Shown here one piece after another: positions 26,334-40,370 of a DNA stretch of 64,000 nucleotides; position 1 is the first letter of the stretch, and each line of letters opens with the position of its first letter. The notes below the pieces were generated by a model that was given only the letters and a program-made list of their open reading frames with translations, did not search any database and was not told the origin of the DNA. The translations under genes were made by a program, and so were the position numbers. Source of the DNA: Tubulanus polymorphus. Its lineage: Eukaryota > Animalia > Nemertea. The stretch covers positions 9,823,222 through 9,887,221 of the forward strand of contig NC_134030.1 of NCBI RefSeq assembly GCF_964204645.1, given 5' to 3'.

Positions 26334-27059
26334 AATGACTGAACAGGACAGTTGGCAGTAGACATCCTACAGTTTGGTGACGACTGTACCGGAAAGTTGA
26401 AGGTAGACACCCTACAACCTACGTACATAATTTTACAACAACAACTTTGGCGAAGGACTCTTCAAAATGGTCGACGCTCAACCCGACACCCTACATGTAT
26501 CACTCGTCTGTGCGACGGAGGAGAAAAGCACCAGTTAGGAAATATCCTTGCCATCTTCTGTTCTAATGATAATTATAATGCGATCTTTTTCCCAAAAGCA
26601 CTTTGCATAAAGATCACTCTCACAGCTCTTTTACAACGATAGAAAGAATTGGCACCAAGGAGTACATGTAAAATTGACACCAAGGAGTACATGTAAAATT
26701 AGTTAAGATAGCATTCTCTAAATAAAAATGTTTTTTTCCCAGTTTAAAAAAAGGATTGACCATGTTATCTGTTTGACTGTTAGATTTCGTCCGATTTGTT
26801 TTGATTTGGTGTCCCTTACAAACCAACCACACCTGCCAGAAGCGAAACAATAAACATTTTTAACCTATGATATTAAAGCCTCAAATGATGATGTAGCCGA
26901 ATGGTGTTTTGGCGAACTATCTTAGACGAAAGGGCAGATACAGAAAATGATCTTATACCAAAAGACTCTGTGTGATAAGGTTCAAAGAATTGGATTTTTT
27001 ACGAACGTCTGGTTACATTTGATCAAACACTAAATCCGTGTTGTGACGATAATGTAGAG

Positions 27060-28590
27060 AGAATTATGAAGTTAAACGATACTTACCTGTAAGTTGATGT
27101 TTGACCGGAATTCTCCTAATTATACCGATGTGAGTAATTACATGAGATAGTCGTCACTTCCTTTACGTCACTCTTCTAAGATTCTGACAATTCGGAAAAA
27201 TAGTTGATTATCAATCTTACTAAACAAATCAAATATCTTAAAGATAAATCAATATGAATATGAATACATGAAATTCAAACATGTTATAGAACAGGGTGAT
27301 GGGAAAAGGACGTATTATTCCCAAATAAAAAAAGAGGAGGGCATGTAATTATTCACATCGGTATGATTAGGAGAATTCCAGTCAAACATCAAACTTACAT
27401 TCTTTAAACTTCATAATTATCCTGCATTACACCTAATGCTCGTAATTCCACGAGATTTCAAGTCTCCGAAGCGTCTGAATAATAAAAAAACTCAGTACAT
27501 ACATACCAAAACAAGCAATCTAATTAGTAGAATTCAACACAGCATTAGCAAATTGCTGAGCAGGATGAACTTGAATCGGCTTCTGATAGGTATGACGCAA
27601 AAGTTGTTTCACAATTCCAACTAACTGCAGTCATGATAGTAGATATGGGTATCGTTTTAGCCGCTGCCGAAGCTGAAGCTGATCTAGTCGAATGTGAAGA
27701 AAAACGATTAATGTCTATTCCAGCAGAACGAAGAACGTCTTTAATCCAATTAGATAAAGTTTGTGTCGATGCACAACTGAACGGTTTTCTCGTTATAATA
27801 AAAAATCCATCTGAATCATTCGAACGCAAATGTTTTGTTACATCGAGATAAGTTAAAATACAACGATAAACGCAGACATGATCATCATATGTATATTTAA
27901 AAAACGATATAGGTTTAATAACCTTCCCAGGCCGATCTTGTTTTTGTTTAATGAGGGTAAAACAAATATGGTCGGTGCACATTTTCATATTAGAATTTGT
28001 TAGTTGATGAAGTACTTTATACCTTTTCCCCGACGGCAAAGACATTAAACAAATGTCTTTTTAGTCAAATCCGACAAAAATAACTTATTTAAAGGTTCGA
28101 CTGTCTTCAGGAAACGTAGAACTTGGCCAACATCCCAAGTCTCATCGTAACGCGGAGTTGGAGGACGATGTTCAAACACTCCTTTGAGTAACCTCGTAAT
28201 AATTGGATGCGACCCAATATTTGCTTGATCAGAAGAAAAACAGAACGTTGAAACAGCTGATCTTGCAGTATTGATAGCACTGTATCAAAGTCCTCTTCGA
28301 AACGACGAGTTTAAAAATCAGCCAACGATTCAGGTGTAGGCGACATATAATTCTCTCCCATGTCAATCGCAAAATCAATCCATTGTAAATAGTACACTTC
28401 ATATTGTCGTAATGTCGATTCTCGCAACGATGATAAAATCAAATCAATAGTCTGTTCTGACGAGCCTCTTGCTCGTAAATTAAAACTTAAACTCGACAAA
28501 CCAGCAGATTCAGACGCTTGGAAATCGTATGAATTCGTTGCGAATCTTGTGGGAGAAACAATAGATTTTTCCTGCAAGACATAATGAACG
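27060..28590 (-). mobile_element. DIRS1-type tyrosine-recombinase retrotransposon, 3' remnant
   Basis: YR fragments SSLRESTLRQY..W and FSSHSTRSASAS. A ~57-bp inverted repeat (27089-27144 vs 27342-27398) plus a further complementary block (27060-27077 vs 27403-27421) match the DIRS ITR/ICR end. Confidence 0.8.
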
Positions 28591-28599
28591 AATCATTAC

Positions 28600-30875
28600 T
28601 CATAGATACTTATCTTGGGTTAACTTTAGATATTTACGTTGAAATACTGATAAACTAGTAGAATTACGAATCGGTTTAGGGATAGTATTCCAGAGAAGAG
28701 GTCCAGAAATCTTTACAGTGAATTGTCTAGAATTAGTTCTATAATTTGGCGGTCAAAAATTATCCATCGTCCGGGTGTTTCGATTGTGAATGTGATGACC
28801 GAGTTGCCAGTTCTTTGAAAAACGGTAGGAAGTTTTGCATTTACGAAGTTATAAACAAAGGAAGCTAGTTGTAATTTGTTGATATGTCCTAATTTCAATA
28901 TATTCAAACGGTTAAAAGTGGGGTCAGTATGAGCAAGGTACTCCGATTTACTGATTAAACGAATCGCTCTTTTTTGAAGAATAATTAAAGGGTTCAAGTT
29001 ACATTCGTAGTTTCGACCCCAGACAATGTTACAGAAAAATTGTAGAAAAAATTTGTAGAAGAGACTCGGTCAATCTCTTGGCCATCAATAGAGATTTGCG
29101 TATTACCAATATACGACTTACTGAATATAATGTAACATGTCTTTTTTATATTAATAGATAGCTTATTGGCACGAAACAAGATTACAAGATATTTCAATTT
29201 GATAATTCACAGTTGACAGTATTAACAAGACGATTAATATTTTGATCGGAATAGAAACAATTCGTGTCATCTGCGAACAAAATGAAATTTGAAATATCAG
29301 ATGAATTTGTACAGTCATTCATATTAGAAACAACAAAGGATCTAAGATAGAACCTTGGAGCACTCCAATACCAATACTAAGCGAAGTTGATTTAAATGCT
29401 TCAATTTGAACAATTTGACGACGGTTACTCAAGTATAGTTTTTGAACCACCAGTGCGTTACCTTTTATACCATAATGGTTTAATTTATGTAGTAAAATGC
29501 TGTGATTGACAGTATAAAAAGCTTTGGAGAGATCTAAAAATATCCCAATCGATGGTGTTTTTAGATTCAATATTAGCTGAAATTCTATCTATAATCTGAG
29601 TCAAAGCCATTGCTGTTGAGTGGTTTTTTTAAATCCAAACTGGTTGCTATTTAAGATTGAGAATTTATCACAAAATGAGGTTACTCTATTGTATACAATT
29701 TTTTCCAAAATCTTGAGAAAAAGGGTAGGATTGATATAGATCGATAATTATCAAAACAATGAGCGTCACCTTTCTTATAAAGTGGACGAACTCTGGCGAT
29801 TTTTAGTTCAAACGGAACAATACCTGATTGTAGGCTGCAATTAAATATATGAGAAAGTGGGTCTTTGATTGTGTCAATAATTTTCTTAATGATTTTCATT
29901 GAGATTTCATTAAGTTAAATTCATTGGCAATATTATAAGAACCACTTACGGCAGACCCATTCAAATAAAAAACATCTGGTAACTTTGAGTTCCTAGACGA
30001 TTTCCCAATAACCGAGTTAAGGACATTCCACATACCTTTCATGTTACCTTTGAAGAAATGCAATTTACGTTCATAATAATTTTTTTCTGCTAACCGTAGT
30101 AATCTACATAAGATGCGCTTATAGTCTTTATAACGTGTTTTTATCTCAGGGTCTGAATTACGCAAAGTTTTTCTAGACAAACTGTTCTTACATTTGATGG
30201 AATTAATTAAGCCGATTGAAAGCCATGGTTTCGACCATTTACTTTTTGATGTAGACCGTTGTTGGATGAACGGAAAACATTCATTTAAAGACTAGTAAAT
30301 TTGGATAGAAGTAATGAGTATGACAATCGAGGATCCATATTATCATAAATACTAGACCAGTCCACGGCTAATAAACATCTATAAAATCTTTGTACATTAT
30401 GATCACCCATATTTCTAGTGGGGGGTTGCGAACTATTATTATACACGATTTCGCATCCACTATACACAGTGAATACTGGGAAATGATCAGTGAAGTCACT
30501 ACAAAGAATACCAGATTTAAACTGTTTATAAATATCATTACTAAAAATGTTATCTATAATGGTGGAAGAAGAATTGGTTATCCTTGTTGGTTTATCAATA
30601 AAAGGGATAAATGACAAGGCTACCATATTATCAAGAAATACTTCTGCTGGTTTATGGTTATCAGCTTTTAATAAATCAATATTAAAATCTCCAAGAATAT
30701 AACAGATCTTATTCTCAGCATTGAGCTTATTCAACAAAGAATACAAATCATCATTAAAAGAACTAATATTAGATCCTGGCAGACGATATATTACACCAAT
30801 AATTTTATTTTTTGCCTTGCCACCATCAATTTCAATAAAAAGAGACTCAAAACTATTGTAAGCAGTAATATCCAA
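28600..30875 (-). mobile_element. Degraded CR1-group (Crack/Daphne/L2-like) LINE, endonuclease plus RT
   Basis: APE motifs IGVIYR.PG, LGDFNIDLL, PTR..IDNIF, DHFPVF. RT motifs NYRSISIL, DLSKAF, QGSIL, FADDT (~29265). Many frameshifts. Confidence 0.9.
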
Positions 30876-31477
30876 CTAAATATTTGGATGGATATATGAA
30901 AGCTGTGGGTACTGGAGTGTGTAATGGGTAGTGTAGTGTGATCTGTGTGCATTTGTGGCCAGCACACAGATCACATTGTTCATTGGGGTTTGGTCCAGGA
31001 CTCGCGAGATTTTCAACAACACGGAAGTAACGTGTAATAAATGATGACTTGAATTGCTTGACTACTCACCACACCTCATTATTGTTGGAAAACTAAACGT
31101 TCCGCACTGACTAAAAATTAGTAATAACATTTTAGAAATGGCCAGAATTTTAACTTAGGTTCTATCTCATTTTTATTTTACAATTGCGATTGGTATAATT
31201 TTTTTTTTAAACGGCCGTTAAGGCTTCATGTTTCGTCTGCAATTCACTGCAAATAGTTACGCAAATACGCAAATTTCAGTGTTTTTGGCAGCTGTACACT
31301 CAATCGGCACCGTTCGTAACTAGCTTCACTGCGGAATTATCATTAATTAATATCGCCATATCACATCATCAACTTATATTGTGCCTTAAAACCCTAACAT
31401 CCGAAATAATTGAAATGCACACACGATTTCTATAATTGAAAATTGAGAGAGTGGCCATGTTTGTGTTCTGCTGCTTC

Positions 31478-32321
31478 CAGGGGCGGATCCAGGGGGATGG
31501 GTAGACAGTATTGGAAGGAAATTTAAGGGCACCTTTCTGATCTTAGGGCACACCCAGTATCCAGGTCAATGCGAGCGCCGAAGGTGCGAAGTCCTTAGAG
31601 GGGGGTTTGGGGGCCCACCCCCAGAAAATTTTGAAAATATGGTACCATTTAAAGGCTTTTAGAGGGCTTCTAGAGGCTAGCAGAGCAATCCAGGATAAAC
31701 GAATTCGAGACAAGATTTCAACACATGCGGATAAAAATGAAGCTGGTGAACCCATGAAAGAATGGTTGTCGCCAACTTCGCCTAGTGCCCCTATAATCTT
31801 TCAAAGTGCCCCTTAACAATTATACAGAATACGGCTAAGTGCCCCTTCATTGTTAACAATCGGCAAAAATTGCCTCGTCTTCACATTTATCCTTATGTCG
31901 TGCCATCTTCCAAACCAAAAATGCCCCTAAAATTTTAAAAATTAGGCAAAAAAGTGCCCTTTTCTTCAACATTTTCCGCATATAGTGCCCTCTTCTAAAG
32001 TACGAGTGCCCCTTTAGCCCTCCCTGAAAAGGCAAGGAAGGACAAGGTGCCCTCATCTAAAGAATGAGTGCCCCTTGCAAAAGGAAAGTGCCCTTTTTAA
32101 TTTATCATGATTAAAGGCTTTACAAATATGATTATCTCTCCTCATTTTCTCGGCAGCAGTATATACCGATTAATTTTATAATTATGCCCGGATTACGGAC
32201 ACGGAATTAGCGGTTGCTGAAATAATGCCGTCAAAAATATTGCCGGTGAAATTTCGAAGGGCACTTAAAAATTCTAGACCGTATTGGGCAATACGGCTAA
32301 TACGGTCTGGATCCGCCCCTG
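31478..32321. mobile_element. Non-autonomous DNA transposon (MITE) with CAGGGGCGGATCCAG TIRs
   Basis: Perfect 15-bp TIRs with GCTTC duplicated on both flanks. Related ends occur at ~9237 and ~34533. Confidence 0.8.
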
Positions 32322-33262
32322 GCTTCGCGTAAATACCGCGCGGTGACGCAACCGCGCGGAGTGGGGCCGGTACGTCCAGAATACCAATTATTACTCCACA
32401 AACGCACGATAATGCCGTATACTGGACTAGCACCGAAGAGGGCAGTGCATTATGAATTGTTTGTCATCATCTATACAGAGCACTTTAGAGACAGCTGAGC
32501 ATTATTAGATACTATCTCCAACTGACATAATTGGTTAAACTGCTAGTGAAATACGTAGTTTCATCTGTTATGGATGTTGGTTTTATGTATCATTGCAAAA
32601 TATGCAATTTACATTATTTTCGCATCCATTTAGGCCTACCACGAATCATAGTAAAACATTAACATACGAAGCCTTCAATGAAATATATATCCAGTTGAAT
32701 AATGAGATGGGAAAATTTGTGTGGCAACTATGAATGGTCAAAATTCTATTTGATCATATCAACGCGAAAAGATACAAAACATAATTGAATTTGATGCGGT
32801 AATTATTTTCACGGGTCGTTTTAACAAAGCAAAATGTGTTCAAGTTTAATATACAAAATGTCTCAACAGAGATTGCGCTTTACAGCTCACTGGATGTTCG
32901 ATAACAGCATTAACTAGAACCGGTACCGCATTGACATTACCGCAAGTCCCAGTCACTATAGCGTTGATCAAACGTCTCCTCGTCGGTGTATCGACACAGT
33001 GTTTCGATAACGTATTCAGACTCATATAAAACGAATACCACGTTATTAATGAGCGCGCCATAGAATAAGCAAACTGTTTGTACGGAGGTTAAAGTCGGGC
33101 GCACGTAGACGTGCAAAAACACGAAACAAAAATAATTCGAAGTATCGCAACTATTCAACACGATTAGTGGAGCGATTTTGTGCCATTTTTAAGTACCGAG
33201 GGTTTTTCGGTTTGAAACGTGTTTTCCAACTGTTCTGGGCGTCCGGCTTTACAGCTTATGAG

Positions 33263-34345
33263 ATGTTTGATAACAACATTACTAGTACAATTCCTGCATT
33301 GACAACAACTCAACTCATCACCTGGTGTTCGTACAGGAAAAGAACACCAATTCAGTGGATCAACAAATTCTGCGTATTAATATACTTAGGCTGGTATCTA
33401 CCGGCAACTGTACTGGGTTTTATATTCAACGCATTCACGTTGTTAGTTCTAAAACGGTTCAAATCTGATAATTACTTTCTCATCAAACTTCTGGCTTTTA
33501 CTGATCTTTTGTTTATGATCTTTGCGTTCATTCTGTATCCGCTGAGAACTGCGTACGTTTACGCCGTTTTGGGAGATATGGTGTTTCGCTGGAATGACTG
33601 GAATTTTGGTAAGAGTTTTATCACAGTCTCCTTGACGTTTTTCTACGTTTCTCAGATGACACGCAACTGGTGCACTGTACTGCTCAGTCTAGAGCGGTTG
33701 ATCGTAGTATTATTTCCACTGAAATCGCGTAAAATTCCCAAGAAGTTAATATCACAATGCGCAGTCATGTTCATTTCACTTTTGGGTTTTTGTGGCCATT
33801 TTATTCGCTTCATACCTGAGCGTGAACTAGTATTTATCAATTGCCCGGATGAGTGGCCATATATTATGGTACTCGGTAGGTATTATCACTATCCTCAGTG
33901 GTTTAACCACGCAAGATGGCGTTACACAATCTCTGGAATCTATCTATTGATGTATCTTACTGTTATGATCCCAATTAATTTTTTAGTTGTCATCAATGTT
34001 ATCATTATTGCGGTGATATTTTTGCGTCGTATTACTCGACGTTCAGAGCTCGGTGTAACTGATGAATCGTCCAGAAGGGAAATTAGGGTTTTAAGGATGG
34101 TTTTATCGGTTGTGTTTTTGTTTATCATCTGTGAAGGTTTTGGTTTTTACGAACGTTTAATGCATCTAGGTTATGTCCCATTTGTGCACACTATGAACCA
34201 GATAGCGATGGGATTTTCTATCATCGATTCGTCAGGAAACTTTATCGTGTATTGTGTGACAAATGATCAATTCAGAAAAGTAGCCATTGATATTTTAGGC
34301 AATGTCTGCCACAAACAACGGCTTTCGACAAAACAGAAACGATGA
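33263..34345 (+). CDS. Intronless class A GPCR, FMRFamide/peptide-receptor-like orphan (360 aa), paralog 2
   Basis: Same length and motifs as paralog 1. ATG at 33263 (MFDNNITS). The upstream ~500 bp is also homologous to paralog 1's upstream region. Confidence 0.9.
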   Translation: MFDNNITSTIPALTTTQLITWCSYRKRTPIQWINKFCVLIYLGWYLPATVLGFIFNAFTLLVLKRFKSDNYFLIKLLAFTDLLFMIFAFILYPLRTAYVYAVLGDMVFRWNDWNFGKSFITVSLTFFYVSQMTRNWCTVLLSLERLIVVLFPLKSRKIPKKLISQCAVMFISLLGFCGHFIRFIPERELVFINCPDEWPYIMVLGRYYHYPQWFNHARWRYTISGIYLLMYLTVMIPINFLVVINVIIIAVIFLRRITRRSELGVTDESSRREIRVLRMVLSVVFLFIICEGFGFYERLMHLGYVPFVHTMNQIAMGFSIIDSSGNFIVYCVTNDQFRKVAIDILGNVCHKQRLSTKQKR

Positions 34346-36429
34346 AATGCAGACAATAGAGCAACAATTGGATGCCTTGTCCTTGGTCTGATGTAGGGGT
34401 TTATAGTGCGATGTACAGGGTTACTTTTTGAGCAAATCGGGGAATCTAGGAATCTATTATTGCGCTAGTAATATGCGAATCTATGAAAAAAGATCCTTGA
34501 TAGGTGACGTATCCTACAGCTGATGACAAGCGACTGGGGCGGATCCAGGGGCATATTTTGACTGCCTTCTAAAAGAAATGAGGGCACCCAAAGGGGGAGC
34601 GCGGGGTAACCCCCCTCGCCGGTGGGGGTTTGTGGGGTCTCCCCAAGAACATCTTTAATTTTCATGTCCTCAGATGCATTTTCCCAGCATCTAGGACATA
34701 TCTTTCTCAATCCTCACAATCCAAAATAAAGCCTTAAACACTGATGTAAGCAAAGTCTCCAACCAAAAATCCAAAATGCAGAAAGACATATGTTCAAGAT
34801 TTATATATATTTATTTTCAGTTTCATTTTCAGCATTTTTATGGTATGGTTACAACTTACATAATATTACAAGATTGCATAAAGTGAATATTTGTAATACA
34901 TACTGGAAACAACATTTATGAAAATGGCAATTTAAACATTTCCTTATTTAATATAGCATTTTGAGATAATTATCTCAATTATATTATTATATGAGTACAT
35001 TGCACTAGGATCATGTTATATAATGTACAATGTATCCATAAAATACTATTTTCAATACCGATTTATTGCTTAAATACATAATCAGTTAAAACACACAGAC
35101 TCTCATAAATTTCAAATGAGACATACCCAGATACCAACAAATTGCACCATATTTCCACTATTTTTCAGTTAGCTCACACATTGCAAATGAGACATTTTCC
35201 ATTGATACAGCAGCAAATTAAACAATATTTACAATTATTTTACAGTTAAAAATGACAGAATCTCACACATTGCAAATGAGGCATTTATGAAAGAAAATAA
35301 AACTACTATATACACTACAAAATAAACATTTATCTCATAAAGTTTTCAATATCCAATGTTATTTTTATCAAAATAACTTTAATCTACTGATACTGAACTA
35401 TATTATACTATATAATAATACTGATTGATTCAGCTCTGAATTACAATGCTGAGTAGATCATTCCAGCAAATAAATTCCAAATAATACTTTTCATAATCTG
35501 ACATAATCAACCATATATTTCAAAACATTTTACCACAAACAGCTATTAAAACTTGTAATTTCTGATATTTAATGGTTTATACTGTACACAAAACCACAAT
35601 AAGAATAAATTCACTAGAAAATTCCCATTAATACATATTTTGTCCTGACAGCAGTAAACCAGTCACAAAGGCAAACAACAATATCTGCTGAACACAAAAC
35701 TCAATCATGTCATGAATACCAGTTCTAGTTTATTATATCTAGCAGCACCATCTTTCTAGGATGAATTATTATTTTGAAAATAAAATTTTAATGTTTTTTT
35801 TACAATTCCAATAGAAAGATGTCTGTGCAAGTCACTTTTTTGAAGGATGATGTCGAAACGTCGAAAATAAATCATAAACTGAAGGAATGTCTATTAACAA
35901 CCCTAAAAGTTTACATTTACAAGAAACTTAATGGTGGTAGCTGCCAGGTATAGGCACTGGTAGCTGATGGTTAGCGTAGTCGTACCTGGCAGCCATTGAC
36001 GATACATATTTAGTAGCCTATGGCCTGAAAGCTACATTAGGAGCTCCTATCTTGTATTGGAATTGTAAAAAAAAAACATTAAAATTTTATTTTCAAAATA
36101 TCACGGTGACCAACCGACTGCAAATACGGGTTTTAGTTGTATGAAGTGACAAGGCCAATATCATCCAAATCATCCGCAACTTCATAATACACAATGGATT
36201 TATGAGAAACAATGAAAATATGAACAAAATAGCAGTAAAAGGGATGGAATAACTGTCATAATTCCGTTCTGGTTGACAGGATTGTTCCAGCTCTACTTGT
36301 AGTTTACTCTCGCTGTCGACTGTCAACAGTCAACTGATGTGAACACTGACCGAATAACGCGGTGTAACTCTACACATCACGTACTATAATGCCATATACT
36401 GGACTAGCACCAAAACTCGAAATCAATAG

Positions 36430-37380
36430 TTATTTAAGTGAAGTTCTACAGCGGATTTTCATACAGAAATATTCACGAATTTCCCTTCCCAGTAAAAGAT
36501 ATATGTAAAAATTCACCACAAAATTGCAAACATGGAACTGAGTGAAAACGTCATATAGAAAATCTGCCAGTTCCGTTGGGATTGGTAAAAACGTAGTTAT
36601 AGTGGATGGAAGATTAAATATTGCAAATGCGAATGAAACTGTTACAAGCATTATTGTTGTACGTTTTGATTTTGTAGTTTTCTGATCAGACGAAACAATT
36701 TTTGAACCTCTGAATAACTGAACTATTATAACAGAATTTGATGTTACAATCAAAATCAAGGGTATGATGTGGAGGTGGATGTCAATTATGGTAAAATATG
36801 TTATTTGGTCAGATAACGCATAGTAACATCCGAAAGACAGGTCTGTCAAATGAATCGATAAAGCAGGTAAAAGAAGCATGACCAGTACATTTACTGCAAT
36901 GATCATCAATATAACGAATCTTGCGAATGTAGGTGTACATATCAAACGAGATGTGAACGGGAAGAGCACAACTGCCTCACGTTCAATAGTTATCGCTACT
37001 ATTAACCACGAACTATTGCTGACCGCAAGCCCCATTATAAATTCGTGGATTTGACAACTGATTAGTGAATTCATGATAAATATAGGAGCATCTTTAACGT
37101 GGAAGAGAACAAACTGTAAAACAGGCATTAGCGTATAACTGATGCAGATCGTGAAATCGCTGATGGCCAAAGCGATCAGATAGTTAGCGTAAGATAAACA
37201 GCAGAATCGGCGACTTATCATTATCAGGAAAGTAGCTGAATTCCCGAAAACTCCAAGCATGAACAAGGTTGGTAAAACGACCAATGACACAGTACGGTAG
37301 GTTCCAGATCTGTTTACCACGGACATAGGAATGATGTTACTGCTATAAGTTCGACCGATCTGCATCCGAGTGGAATTCAT
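36430..37380 (-). CDS. Intronless class A GPCR, divergent peptide-receptor-like orphan (316 aa)
   Basis: LGVFGN (TM1), LAISD (TM2), Cys at the top of TM3, TIERE (DRY variant), FAIFNLP (TM6), NFVVNFYIY (TM7); N-terminal sequons. Confidence 0.88.
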   Translation of the reverse strand: MNSTRMQIGRTYSSNIIPMSVVNRSGTYRTVSLVVLPTLFMLGVFGNSATFLIMISRRFCCLSYANYLIALAISDFTICISYTLMPVLQFVLFHVKDAPIFIMNSLISCQIHEFIMGLAVSNSSWLIVAITIEREAVVLFPFTSRLICTPTFARFVILMIIAVNVLVMLLLPALSIHLTDLSFGCYYALSDQITYFTIIDIHLHIIPLILIVTSNSVIIVQLFRGSKIVSSDQKTTKSKRTTIMLVTVSFAFAIFNLPSTITTFLPIPTELADFLYDVFTQFHVCNFVVNFYIYLLLGREIREYFCMKIRCRTSLK

Positions 37381-40370
37381 GATTCATGATAACTACAAAT
37401 AAATCGAAGGTATGTTTTCGGCTTGCTCAGCACAGACACAAACGCTATGAATTTAACCAATCTACATATAAGTTAATCTCTGGACAAAGAAAGCGCTGAG
37501 AGAATATACTGTTGAATGAGTGTACTGTCTGTATCAATAGTCTGACGCAAGTTGAAGCCATCTCCTGTTTAGTGAGGCCTAAAATATACTTTGTTTGCAT
37601 CAAATGAAAAATCATTTCTCCAAAAATCTCACAATAGACTCAGACTGTGAAAATTGGACCATTGTCTAAAATATAAATGTAACTTAATCAAATATCAATA
37701 TCGGTTGTAAGAGAAGTAGTCATTATATTTATCGTGAAAATATTTCATCGTATAACATCCGAACAGGTCGGGTACAATTCAAATCGTGTTAATAAGGTCA
37801 GAATGATCTCGCAATTATTTTCTTTTTGTAAGCAGGACGATCACACCTGACCCTCGGTTCATAGTGGGTTGGGCAAATATTTCGGATACTGAAGGTCCTG
37901 ACTTTAAGTCTAGTACCCACACAACCTCAAGTAATTTTCTATTTTTGTGCAAAGATTAATAACCATATTTGATGGAGAATTTTAATTGTCCGAAGTTTTT
38001 AGATTTTTTGGAGTTGAACAAACCAAAAATGAAATAGAAAAGTAGTACCGTACACGTAACAAGTATCAATAAAAAATAAGTCGTAATAACTGAAATCGCT
38101 AGCACAACAGCTTGATTATCATTTGTTTTCTAGTGCTGATTTCCGAGCGCCTTTTAGAAGCTCAGTGCAATGAGATAACTCGAATAATATTTGCAAGACC
38201 TATACCAAAAAATACGCCTAATAAATGTATCAGACCGATTACTTCTGAAATTCGGGGTGGGGCGCGCACCAACACCCACAGGTTTCCTCTTGAGGGGCAA
38301 TGAACATAGATTTGCTTTACATCTCTAGTGAAATACTGCCAGCCTCGAGTGCCAAAACTTATGATAAGTATAAACAACAAACAAATTTTACGTGCGCTTA
38401 GTGCATTTTAGATTTAAGATTTCAATGGAAAGAACTACTCCAGTAAATGTAACTTCTTGAGTGTATTCACAGATAGTTCATTGTTTCAAAGATTGATATT
38501 TTTGTTTTCATTTTTGTAAGTGACTGTCTAATTCAATGAATGAAAAAGCCCAAACGACGGATTTAAACTGATACAGGATTTAACGATTCTGATGAGCGAC
38601 TTACAAAACAAATCTTTATCCCAAGAGCAGTTAAAACTACATTGAATACTAGAAATTGAATCATTTTGCTTGCAATGTATTGACAAAATTTGCTACTTTA
38701 GAATATGAATGTTTTGATAGAATCTTATAAAATAATTGTTGTTTTGAATTACATGTACCTATTGCTATTCTAGTATATCCCTTCAATAAACACACATTAC
38801 AGGTCGTATTTAAACAAGAATTCTTGAGCTTGTTTTCATTCACGTATTTTTGAACCAGTTGATTGTATCGGGTTTGCGTTGATCATGAAAATGGAAAGAG
38901 AACACCAAATGAAGAGGAAGATATGCAGATTTATTCAGAGCTGCAAGGTCACTTTAAGCGGTGGCACGGACGATCCTGCTCCTTCTACTAGTTTTCAATA
39001 TCTACTTCCATTCTGATTGGACTCGATCCCTCCCACTTTTGGACTATTCTGACGGGATACGAGGATGTTCTCTCAAACGAAGCGAAGGCTCCCTCTTCCT
39101 CGCAAACTTCACATAAAACTATTTACCACTCCAGTATTGAAAATTGTCTCGTTATATACTATGACTCTACTATACGAATACAAATACGAACATTTATTAC
39201 ACTCCAAACGCTTCCATGGTATATGGAGGAAAAACAGTATATAAAATCAATAACATAAACGGTACGAAAAGCTTTCAAAACTTGATAAACTGGGCACACA
39301 CTTACATAATACACTATTTACAATACATATTTACATGTACAATACATATACTACAGGAGAGATTTAGATACATCTAGACCTATTTTGATAAATTGAGCCA
39401 AATTCAAAGTTGGATTTAATACATCTACGTAAGTTCCGAAAGGTATTTACATCAAATTAGTTTTCACGGAATTCGGCGAGTAAATTACAATCGAAAATGA
39501 AATGTAGTTCGTCACCTAAAGCGTTGCAGGCAGGGCATATTCTATAAAAAAATATCACGAAAGTCATAACTAACGTATTTACACACTTAAGTCCCACTGC
39601 TGCATAACAATTCAAGCCCAACATCTAACTGATTTCATGTCTACTTTCCGGTCGAATCAGTGAGGTGTGATACCTAACGGTTTTAGGCTCCATGCCTTGT
39701 CGTCTATATTCACGAACTTTGTTTCAATTTCTATTAAAGGGGAAGCACTTCACACAAAAATTAATCAAACTAATAAAAAACACGGTCTTATTGACAATGC
39801 ACAAAGAACGGAGGGCTGAAACAGAACAGAATGAATTTCAACATCAACGCAAATAGTACATGTAAGTGTAAAATGTGACAATTTGTTACTGAATTGACGC
39901 TTATGTGTGTTCAGATGCGAAATATAACCAAGTATTCATTGACAATTGGACAAAATCTGCATACACATCCCCTTATGAGTATTGTGAATTAGTTAATGTT
40001 TCATGGAAATAATCATTCTTCCAGCTGATACAGTTTCATGGCTACTGGTTGTTCATAATCGCTTGATACATAGACTCACGGGTACAAACGTCACGCATGG
40101 GCATGGCGCAGTTTGGAATGATTAAAATTGCATCGCTTTCCGATTATATGACCACGCCGTGTCCTCTTTCTAACAATCGCAGTCAGTCGTCGCATATCAG
40201 AAATAGTTACGTAGATATTTCACTGTTTTATATTCATTAAGGAGTATACAATTGGCATCCTATGTGTTACAGATTTCGGATGTAAGTTTCCGGGGGCACA
40301 TCTTTAACTGGCAGCGAGTTTGAATCGTTAAAAGCGCTACTACCAAAACTATTTTCAATAACCCGAAACG

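Noticed and set aside
27079-27089. U1 snRNA gene
   Set aside because: Only the 11-nt 5' motif is present, no U1 body follows, and it lies in the DIRS end.
32409-32434. 26-bp match with 36386-36411
   Set aside because: Too short to interpret; probably a repeat remnant.
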